NCBI GenBank assembly: GCA_046759445.1
Contig: JBHICG010000020.1
Span: 1-50,044, forward strand
Direction: 5' to 3'
Length of the DNA: 50,044 bases
Source: Candidatus Scalinduaceae bacterium
GTDB lineage: Bacteria; Planctomycetota; Brocadiia; Brocadiales; Scalinduaceae
Translations under genes and position numbers: made by a program
Notes under the pieces: model-generated
The model's input: the letters and a program-made list of their open reading frames with translations, nothing else
Told to the model about the DNA's origin: nothing
The model's database searches: none
Shown: piece by piece, positions 42,085 to 49,835 of the stretch
Layout of the letters: the number at the start of each line of letters is the position of its first letter
Position numbering within the stretch: the first letter of the stretch is position 1

Positions 42085-42882
42085 TTACATATAAGTTTCC
42101 GGTACAACAACAACATCTCCAGGTTTTAGTATAATATCTAATGATTTATCACCTTTTCTTACCTTATTTAGATTAACCATTATAGTTTTCTCTTCTCCTT
42201 CTTCAACTCTGATAACCTTGATCCTATTTGGCGCTGCAAATTCTGTAAATCCACCTGCTTTGGCAACAGCTTCAAGCACACTTAAGTACTTGCCGAGTAT
42301 TGGTATTGCTCCTGATGTAGTTACTTCTCCAACGACAAAGACTTCTTTTTCCTTATGCCGCTCCATTAGCTGAATATCGAGCATTATGGTAACCTTTGGA
42401 TTTTTTATATAGCCATCCCTTAACCGTTCTTCCATAACTTTTTCCACTTCTTGAGTAGTTAATCCCTTTACATTTATACCTCCAATAAGTGGATAAGCAA
42501 GTATTCCTTCATCTGATACTCTTATACTCATGCTTAAGCCAGGTTCATCATAAATCTTAATGCCCAATATATCGTAACTATCAATTAAATATCTTTCTCT
42601 AAATTTAACATTAGTAATATTTTGATAATCAACCGCACTACTACTCTTTCTATATTCAGAACATCCAACTAAAGCAAAAAATAATAAACACGTTAGTAAA
42701 CCCCGTTGGAATTTCCCGCCCAGATGAATCCCCGTTCGCCCGCCTGCCATTTGTCGGGCAGGGACGGGCGTACGGAACATTAACACCCGTGAGAAAAAAC
42801 GGGCACTATCTAATTTTATCATCCCCCTGCTTACGCTCGATGCATTCCTACGGAGTAAATTTGAAACTAATTCTCTCAACAT
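42085..42882 (-). CDS. wza: Polysaccharide export lipoprotein (Wza/Poly_export plus SLBB)
   Basis: Lipobox LVGC, YPLIGGINVKGLT, VFVVGEV, AGGFTEFA, LKPGDVVVVP. Confidence 0.9.
   Translation of the reverse strand: MLRELVSNLLRRNASSVSRGMIKLDSARFFSRVLMFRTPVPARQMAGGRTGIHLGGKFQRGLLTCLLFFALVGCSEYRKSSSAVDYQNITNVKFRERYLIDSYDILGIKIYDEPGLSMSIRVSDEGILAYPLIGGINVKGLTTQEVEKVMEERLRDGYIKNPKVTIMLDIQLMERHKEKEVFVVGEVTTSGAIPILGKYLSVLEAVAKAGGFTEFAAPNRIKVIRVEEGEEKTIMVNLNKVRKGDKSLDIILKPGDVVVVPETYM
42701..42859. mobile_element. 159-bp MITE-like insertion in the wza signal-peptide region
   Basis: AGTAAA direct repeats at 42695-42700 and 42854-42859. Imperfect terminal inverted repeats CCCCGTTGGAAT / ATTCCTACGGAG. Internal nested palindromes. 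Confidence 0.65.
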
Positions 42883-42958
42883 TTTAATAATCTCGCTTTC
42901 TATAATAAAGTATGAAAAAATCCGAATAACCCAGCCGACGGCAGGCGGGGAATATCGA

Positions 42959-43000
42959 AATATCTTCCCGTTTGTGGGAAATATCTTCCCGTTTGTGGGA
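42959..43000. repeat. 21-bp tandem duplication
   Basis: AATATCTTCCCGTTTGTGGGA x2. Confidence 0.85.
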
Positions 43001-43804
43001 GTAGCATCTTGCCACCCAGATACGCTCGAACGTACTGCAATGTTTCACTGGTAAACGCCCGAATACCTATCTCCGAATGTATGCCTGTCGGGCTGATAAA
43101 TAGTTTGCCTGTGATGAATCCTTCAGACATAGAAGTCCCTCCTGAGTTACATTTTTTCAACAAAAACTAATTAACTTAACATTGTAACCCTATATATTTA
43201 GATTGCTTACGTTTTTTATAAACCAATTACTATATACTTAAGAAATTTCTAACATTAATATTGCAGACCGTACAATATCAACGATACCATGCGTTATAAG
43301 TGTGCAACTATTAATAAACTCCATTAGAGAATAGGCTTAATACCGTTTAAGTTATCCTGTTCTTGAAAGTTTAACAATCGTGGAAAGACTAGTTTTGACG
43401 AAAATAGTTCATTCGCAAAAGTAATGCCGACTATTTCTTAATATTTTTTTGTGACGTGTTGATGGTGATTTGCAAACGTATCATGTCATCTCACATTTAT
43501 TTAAATGTAGATAAACCATAGTAAATACTTTGTTTAGCATTTTCTAGTTAACCATAACCTTATACCGAAATCATGCCTATGGCAGATTCTCGCCGAGACT
43601 CACAATTTCTCCCTGCCTAGCGGCAGGCAGGTGTCTACTTGCTACTTTCCAATTTCGGAACGAATTGGAACTAAGTTCAAAGATGGTGTAATGTTGAAGA
43701 AATATACATTTGTACAGATATTATACGTTTTTTAAATTAGGGTTTTGACTATACTTATAGTGCTTTTTGAGTACTTTACTCTGGTCAAGACCCTTGACAA
43801 CTTA

Positions 43805-43833
43805 TTGACATTTACGTTCTTATATGATATAGT
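43805..43833 (+). promoter_or_regulatory. Near-consensus sigma70 promoter for the beta-barrel/nucleotidyltransferase operon
   Basis: TTGACA (43805-43810), 17 nt, TG-extended TATAGT (43828-43833). Confidence 0.65.
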
Positions 43834-43927
43834 AACTATCAATATTGCGAACATTCGTCTTTAAGAATGCTTCTATTACATAGAAGTTCAATCGCGAATT
43901 AGTACGAATATTGCGCAATTACTTGAA

Positions 43928-45379
43928 ATGCGTTCGGAGCATATTAAGTTTATGTATCTAGTCCACTCTATTATAAAAACATGTGTTTTTTGTGTAATCG
44001 TGTTCATAATTTCAGGGATTTCGTCTGCTCAAGAAAATCAGACGACGGAGAGTGAAAATAGTTTATTCAGAAATAATATTGTTGAATTGTTAGGGAATAT
44101 TCCTAAATATTCCAAAAATCTAAACATTGGCCCGTTAAGATTATATCCCTCATTTGAGATATCGGAGGCCTTTGATGATAATGTCTTCGATGCAGCAGAT
44201 CCAGACGGTGTAACCGGTGATTTCTACACTACCTATAAACCTGCCATTTCACTTGTATTACCAATAAAGAAAAAAAAACATTTCCTTGAATTAAATTATA
44301 GCTCTGAAATTCACGAGTACACACGTGATTATTCACGCACTAATCAAGTAACAAATCAAGAACAAGACCATGTTAACCAATACTTTGGCGGCTCAGTAAA
44401 CCTCAATTTTCATAAAGGGTTCAGCGTCCATCTGTCTAACCAGACTTCCATGATTAGAGTACCTAGCAGTTTTACACGGCGTACGAATCCTCAAGTTCAA
44501 TTTCTAGGAGAACCTCCTGAGGAAGGTGAAGAACCAGAAGTCCTTGAACAGTTTGGATTTAATACATTTTCACCTCGAAGAGACCTGACTTACAACGTAG
44601 CATCGATCGTAATAAACCTGCCAGACTTTTTTGATAAGCTTGATTTCGATATTCATTATTCCAATCGAGATATCTCTTACAAAGGTAGGAAATTCAATGC
44701 AAGTGAACGTAACGAAGATCTTTTTGGAGGCGCTCTCATAATCAAACCCTTACCAAAAATCAGGATAACAACAGGCTTTGATTATGGGATCATAAAATAT
44801 GATTCTGCTTTCAGGAATGATTCTACCGTTCAAAGGATCCCCTTCAATATTTCCTGGCAACCCACGGACAAAAGCAATTTTTTTCTTGATACAAGTTACA
44901 ATACCAGAGATTATGGCCGCAGAAGTATTTTTGAGAATTTTCATGGTTATGATGCCACGTTAGGATACAGGTTTAACGTTGCAGAGAGAGATGAATTGAC
45001 AATAAAATTCGAAAGGAGTTTGAAAGAAGAACAATTTCAAACAGATCCGCTGATTTCATCTTTAGGAGATAATAATCCATATTTCTTTACACAACTCAAT
45101 GTAGATTACGTCCATAAATTTCACAGAAATATTTCCTTTATATTTTCACCTGCCTTTCAAACATTGAGGTTTCTTGAAAAGGATATAGATCTTATGTCTG
45201 GAGTCATTAAACGCGAGAAGGTAGACTTGATAAGAGTTAAAGTAACGGCTAGATATGATACACGCCGGGAATGGCTCTTTGGTGAAATTTCGTATAGCTA
45301 TCAGGACCGTGATAGTAATTTTGAAGATGGAGATTTGGTAAAAAATGTAGGACAAATCAGTGTGGGAATAAATTTTTGA
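43928..45379 (+). CDS. Outer-membrane beta-barrel protein of the type found in EPS loci
   Basis: Signal peptide (ISSA-QE), FDDNVF motif, alternating amphipathic strands, C-terminal Phe (VGINF). Confidence 0.8.
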   Translation: MRSEHIKFMYLVHSIIKTCVFCVIVFIISGISSAQENQTTESENSLFRNNIVELLGNIPKYSKNLNIGPLRLYPSFEISEAFDDNVFDAADPDGVTGDFYTTYKPAISLVLPIKKKKHFLELNYSSEIHEYTRDYSRTNQVTNQEQDHVNQYFGGSVNLNFHKGFSVHLSNQTSMIRVPSSFTRRTNPQVQFLGEPPEEGEEPEVLEQFGFNTFSPRRDLTYNVASIVINLPDFFDKLDFDIHYSNRDISYKGRKFNASERNEDLFGGALIIKPLPKIRITTGFDYGIIKYDSAFRNDSTVQRIPFNISWQPTDKSNFFLDTSYNTRDYGRRSIFENFHGYDATLGYRFNVAERDELTIKFERSLKEEQFQTDPLISSLGDNNPYFFTQLNVDYVHKFHRNISFIFSPAFQTLRFLEKDIDLMSGVIKREKVDLIRVKVTARYDTRREWLFGEISYSYQDRDSNFEDGDLVKNVGQISVGINF

Positions 45380-46491
45380 TTTTAATAAATATGGGAGACC
45401 CACTCAGGGCTTTTTATACACTAGCGGTTTTAAATCCACAAGAGGAGGATGTTCTAACTCTCCGTGCCTCTCATGTCGACTGGGACACCGTAGTTAAGAT
45501 TTCCTTTGAATTAAATTCTTCATATATATTTTATACAAACATAAAACGCTTTGGACTCGAGGCTTGCTTCAATTCCACAAACATCAAACGACTTCAAGCT
45601 GAAAAAGAATCGGCGATTTTCAATAATCTAATCCAGATAAAACATTTACATGAGATTTCAGGATTATTGCAAGCAAAAAACATTAAATTTATTCCGTTGA
45701 AAGGGCTATCTCTTATCACTGACACATATCCGGATATCGGGATGCGGATCAGTGCAGATCTGGACATCCTCATCCATCCTACTAATTTTGACAAATGTGC
45801 TGAAGTATTAAAGAAATCTTCATACAAATTTGAGCCCTCCCTAACCCGTGGCGTGATGACCAATCACGGCCAAGAGTGCATTGCGGTGTCTCAAAATAAT
45901 CTTGGGATAGATATACATTACAGATTTTTTGCATGGTATGAGGAAAAATATATTTTCAAAATCGATATTGCAAAGTTTTATGAAAATACCGTGAACAAAC
46001 ACTGGAAAGGCTATGATCTTGCTTATATGAAGAAAGAAGACGAATTTTATTACCTTCTGATGTGTATCTTTAGGTACCGCTTATGTACTTTCCGATACTA
46101 CCTTGATGCGGATGCAATCCTTAAGGTACATGGGGCAAATTTTGATTGGACTTTGGTAAAATCATATCTGTGGAGCAGCTCACTTAAACAATACTGGAAG
46201 ATACTCCTCAATTTCATGCGAGATAGACTGAAGACACCCATTCCCTATGAGTTGGCGCTACCCGAAGACGATGTATCCGAGAAAGCTTATTTATTCTTAC
46301 TTGACAAGCGCATTATGAAGCCCTGCACTAACAAGACTAAAACCCAGCTATTCTATCTTCACGCTGCTCAAAAATTCGTAGATAAGTTGGCGCTTGTGTT
46401 GTTATTTCTGAAATGGCAGCTCTTCAAACGTTTTGGATGTTTTAGGAGCTTTTTTATTGCCCATAATAATCCTAGACGCAATGGAACCTAA
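45376..46491 (+). CDS. Nucleotidyltransferase family protein (NTP_transf_5-like)
   Basis: IPLKGLSL, YPDIGMRISADLDILI, IDIHY. Start may be ATG 45391. Confidence 0.85.
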   Translation: MILINMGDPLRAFYTLAVLNPQEEDVLTLRASHVDWDTVVKISFELNSSYIFYTNIKRFGLEACFNSTNIKRLQAEKESAIFNNLIQIKHLHEISGLLQAKNIKFIPLKGLSLITDTYPDIGMRISADLDILIHPTNFDKCAEVLKKSSYKFEPSLTRGVMTNHGQECIAVSQNNLGIDIHYRFFAWYEEKYIFKIDIAKFYENTVNKHWKGYDLAYMKKEDEFYYLLMCIFRYRLCTFRYYLDADAILKVHGANFDWTLVKSYLWSSSLKQYWKILLNFMRDRLKTPIPYELALPEDDVSEKAYLFLLDKRIMKPCTNKTKTQLFYLHAAQKFVDKLALVLLFLKWQLFKRFGCFRSFFIAHNNPRRNGT

Positions 46492-46677
46492 TCATGCCTT
46501 CGGTATGACGCCGCTGGTTCAATCTTGTAGATTGAACCTTGCGTTTCCCTCTCCTCCTGTGGAGATTGCGTCACAAGGTCATTCTGAGCCCCCACTTCTT
46601 GCCCCTGCGCTTTCTTGCCGAAAGTAGGCTCTGTAAGAGCGAAAGCAAGATGCTGGGGCAGTGGGGGCGAAGAATCT
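46491..46677. repeat. Cluster of palindromes between convergent genes, including a triple-nested REP-like element (46578-46677)
   Basis: TCATGCC-ttcg-GTATGA; GGTTCAATCT-tgt-AGATTGAACC; GTCATTCTGAG[CCCCCAC...GTGGGGG]CGAAGAATCT. Confidence 0.75.
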
Positions 46678-46697
46678 CTTTATTTGTGTTTCGGCAT

Positions 46698-47576
46698 TCA
46701 ACGGCCTTGCCCCTGCAACCCTTCTATAAGCTCACATGCCCTATCCAAATTCCTCATTTCCAGGGTATAACACCTCGCCCTCTGTGCAAGCTTTATGCAT
46801 ATCTTTAGACCTCCGTCAGGAAATAGTTTTTGGTTCCAGCCGTTCTGCATTAGGCCAATCACGGCTTGAGCGGGAGCAAGTGGTTTTAATTCGGTTTTAC
46901 CTTTAGTGGTGTACCTGAGGAAAATAATCCGATCCACTCTCCATCTGGCGTCTTTAGGCATGATGGCGCCGTCTTGAGGTATAAAGTACGTCCATCTATT
47001 GGTAGTAGTACCATCATCATAACGGAAGCGATAGACTGAGAAATCCTTGACTACCTCTTGGCTAAGGGGACGTGACCATGTTCACGCAAAGATGTGCCTC
47101 TGGTAGGGAACCACCTCCAGAGTCTCATGATGGATGACACTCACCTCGTCTGTAAGATACCTATAACCGCAATTCATGAGCCCCAGGGTAAGGGTGGACT
47201 TCCCACTTCCAGACTCCCCCGGCAAGAGGATGGCCCTGCCGTTTTTTACTAACGCGCCGGAATGGAATATTAAATAATCCCTCACCTGCTCGCAACAGCT
47301 TTCTCTAATTTGGTGAACTAGAAGTGGGCGTAACTGAGGATCTTCTGCTCGATGGTAGATTGTACGTCCATCCTTCTCTATGTGCGTATACTTCCTCTTC
47401 TTCATCACCCTGAATCTTACTGCAGGTGGTTCCCCGTTAGCCGGTAATGCCAGTGCCGAGGTAAAATCACAAAATTCCTTTAAGAAGGATTTATGGTTGG
47501 TGGTTATTTCTATCGAAAGGGAGAGAACCTTCATATTGTGCGTTGAAAGTTCAGTGGCACGAGTCGCCTTCTTCAC
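46698..47576 (-). pseudogene. HprK-related P-loop kinase interrupted by one in-frame TGA (47082-47084)
   Basis: HSGAL, Walker A GESGSGKST, YLTDE. The same frame continues 40 codons past the TGA into ORF 46698-46961 (LAPAQAVIGLMQN...LDRACELI). GTG start overlaps the upstream stop and has a GGAGG RBS. Confidence 0.8.
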
Positions 47577-49153
47577 TTTAATGCCTCCTCAAGAAGGCCT
47601 TTCCCCTGGAATTCCTCGATCATATTAGTAACATCCCTTTCCACCTGAACAGTGTCAGCCGTTAGAACATCGACGATTTCCTTCGTTATATCCTTAACAG
47701 TATGGTTCCCGTCACATAGGTCCCAGATAACGATACCCAAAAGGTTCAGGTGATGCACGTTGTGATTCCTTGAGTCGTAAATGACTATCTCATCATCAAC
47801 ATCTCCACTGACAATGTCCCCCCTTTTCCTCGGTTTTCCTTTCATTTTCTTTCCTCCATTTCTTTTTATAAGCCCGGTATATGGATTATATCGGCATCGC
47901 GGGTTTTTAGATAATAAATCCCCTGTAGTGGTCTGTGCCAGGGCCCTGCAGTCAAAACACCCGTAGCGCAGCTCACAGTCCCTGCAGGTCTCTACCTCCT
48001 CCAGGGTTATCTGCCAGAGCCTCTGAAGGGCCCGCCTCTGTACTATCTCCTCCAGCCTCATCTCAGGAAATTTGCCTACAGACATCTGCCTTGCAAATAT
48101 GCAAGGATATACGTCTCCTTCACTACTTATGGCTATCTTGCCCTTCCAGCAGGTACCCCGGGTAAACCCCTTGTCACAGGCCCCCTGCCCTTCTTCAGAC
48201 GATGATGACGGCTTAAACGGGGTTACCTCAGTACAAACGTCTCTTCCCATGAGGGCAGATTCCGCCTCTCCCCTGCCAGTCGGCCTCACATAGTCCCATT
48301 CAATCTCCTTGTCCTTCAAGCCCAATCCCTTCAGGAACTCTACTGTATATGTAAGGTGGTACATGTTCTCCCTCATGAGGACTATGGCCACCCTTACAGG
48401 TATGTTATGGGCTAGGATGGCCCTTATACCCTGCGCCGTCTGACGGAAACTCCCGGTCCTCCCGGTAATGGTGTCATGCGTCCTGGGGTCGCAGGAGTAA
48501 AACGACAATGCCACCCTTACACCTGATAAGGCCCACTGTTGTAAAAGGCAGTCTTCAAGTCGGGTAGCGTTGGTAAAGACCTCTATCTCGCTGTACCGGC
48601 ATGACCGCGCATATTCTATAAGCTCCATGAGTCCCGGGTATAGGGTAGGTTCGCCTCCTGTGAACTGGACCTTCTTAGCGCCAAGCCGTGCACATTCAGA
48701 GAGTATGTCCTTCCACTGTTCAAGGGAAATATGTTCCCTCTCCATTGATGGAAGATGTTTAGGGTGAGGGTGGTTAGTTCCTGCCCCTTCATAGCAGTAT
48801 GCACAGAAAAGGTTACAGGACTTTGTGAGTTCCAGCCACACATAATCAAGACCAACCGGCCCTGACGCGTAAGACAAGTTTTGAATAGTTTCCTTCGAGA
48901 ACTCCTTGTTACTACTCCAGCTATCAGATAGTCCAGTAAGTGCAGGATGCCTTGCTAAATAGCTCCTGAGAACCTTGAGAGTATCTTCTTTAGATTTGCA
49001 GGACTGGTCTTCATCGAGCCAACCCTCAATGAGCTCAGCCATCAGAGGGTTTACAGAATAGACCTCTCCATTCTCAAGGTCATACAGGGCAGTATTGACG
49101 GGCCCCTTTACGGCGACGATATGGCTGCTTGTAAGGAAGGCTCCGTAACCCAT
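47573..49153 (-). CDS. Radical SAM/SPASM peptide maturase fused to a C-terminal PqqD/RRE domain
   Basis: CNLFCAYC, FTGGEP, SPASM CWKG...GDVYPC...CRDCELRYGCFDCRA...C. The last 90 aa are PqqD-like (EIVIYD..HHLN..IWDLCDG..DV..GLL). The N-terminal ALYDLENGEVYSVN segment is also RRE-like. Confidence 0.9.
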   Translation of the reverse strand: MGYGAFLTSSHIVAVKGPVNTALYDLENGEVYSVNPLMAELIEGWLDEDQSCKSKEDTLKVLRSYLARHPALTGLSDSWSSNKEFSKETIQNLSYASGPVGLDYVWLELTKSCNLFCAYCYEGAGTNHPHPKHLPSMEREHISLEQWKDILSECARLGAKKVQFTGGEPTLYPGLMELIEYARSCRYSEIEVFTNATRLEDCLLQQWALSGVRVALSFYSCDPRTHDTITGRTGSFRQTAQGIRAILAHNIPVRVAIVLMRENMYHLTYTVEFLKGLGLKDKEIEWDYVRPTGRGEAESALMGRDVCTEVTPFKPSSSSEEGQGACDKGFTRGTCWKGKIAISSEGDVYPCIFARQMSVGKFPEMRLEEIVQRRALQRLWQITLEEVETCRDCELRYGCFDCRALAQTTTGDLLSKNPRCRYNPYTGLIKRNGGKKMKGKPRKRGDIVSGDVDDEIVIYDSRNHNVHHLNLLGIVIWDLCDGNHTVKDITKEIVDVLTADTVQVERDVTNMIEEFQGKGLLEEALK

Positions 49154-49188
49154 AGGAATTCACCATAAACTTTAAGACACACACAAGC

Positions 49189-49368
49189 CTAGCTAGGCAG
49201 GCATTGAGCAGGGTTACATTTAGGTAAACACCTTTTCGCTGCATGGGCCTCGTCACTCAATGCAATTATAGTAGTGACTATGGGTATGGTGTATACACCC
49301 AGCTTCAACAACCTGCGGCGTGTCATTCGCTTCTGTTCTTCAGGACTATCGCTTTGTTTATCCAGCAT
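49189..49368 (-). CDS. Putative RiPP precursor, 59 aa, Tat-like leader plus Cys-x-Pro core
   Basis: Hand translation MLDKQSDSPEEQKRMTRRRLLKLGVYTIPIVTTIIALSDEAHAAKRCLPKCNPAQCLPS*. AGGAGG lies 6 nt upstream, and the ORF ends 35 nt before the rSAM start. It is just under the apparent 60-aa cutoff of the ORF track. Confidence 0.85.
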   Translation of the reverse strand: MLDKQSDSPEEQKRMTRRRLLKLGVYTIPIVTTIIALSDEAHAAKRCLPKCNPAQCLPS

Positions 49369-49447
49369 TTTGCGCCTCCTGCTCTCGGCTTATACATAAT
49401 AATAACATGTATTGCATTTTGGTAAATATTACAACTTGCAGAATAAA

Positions 49448-49531
49448 GGTGGATTCGCTTCGCTTAATCCACCTTACATATAACAAATTATGTTACGGAG
49501 GGTGGATTAAGGACGATAGGACGAATCCACC
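49448..49531. repeat. Inverted pair of REP palindromes (REPIN-like)
   Basis: GGTGGATTcgcttcgcttAATCCACC and GGTGGATTaaggacgataggacgAATCCACC in opposite orientation. Confidence 0.7.
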
Positions 49532-49615
49532 AAAAATATATTGATTCGACTAATTAAAATTCGTTTGAGTCATTTCTTCACTTTGTTCAGGACGGCGTCT
49601 GAACCCTTCGCCGCC

Positions 49616-49748
49616 TGTCATTCTGACCCCGCATCCTTGCTTCCGCAAGGAAGCAGCGGGGGAAGAATCTCTTTTTAGCGGGCCTTAGTCCCCCCACTTC
49701 TTGCCCCGTTGCTTTCTTGCTGAAAGCAAGATGCGGGGCAGTGGGGGG
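49616..49748. repeat. Two nested REP-like palindromes lacking the 22-nt inner insert
   Basis: TGTCATTCTGA[CCCCGC...GCGGGG]GAAGAATCT (49616-49670) and CCCCCACTTCTTGCCCC...GGGGCAGTGGGGG (49690-49748). Confidence 0.75.
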
Positions 49749-49835
49749 ATTTATTCACTATTGACCATATTTTCGGAGTAAACTCAATAACCATTTTATT
49801 TAGGTATCATATTCTTATTCTCTCGATAAAGTGTC

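Noticed and set aside
42900..43163. 87-aa ORF upstream of wza
   Set aside because: Partly built from a 21-bp tandem duplication and a palindromic repeat. No recognisable domain.
43160..43790. ops/JUMPstart element or c-di-GMP riboswitch ahead of the EPS operon
   Set aside because: No GGCGGTAG ops motif or GEMM consensus seen on the minus strand.
41955..46639. 25-bp repeat as a CRISPR array
   Set aside because: Only three copies, irregularly spaced (80 bp and about 4.6 kb apart), embedded in other palindromes, and no cas genes.
47040..47084. Selenocysteine recoding of the kinase TGA
   Set aside because: No evident SECIS-like hairpin right after the TGA, and the position seems to correspond to a basic residue rather than Cys.
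45376..49368. Lasso peptide or PQQ biosynthesis cluster
   Set aside because: No lasso cyclase, transglutaminase-like B2 protease or pqqB/C in the window. The core lacks an Asp/Glu ring acceptor and the PqqA ExxxY motif.
49243..49544. Plus-strand ORFs 49243-49425 and 49320-49544
   Set aside because: Antisense shadows of the precursor gene and REP repeats, with no clear RBS or motifs.
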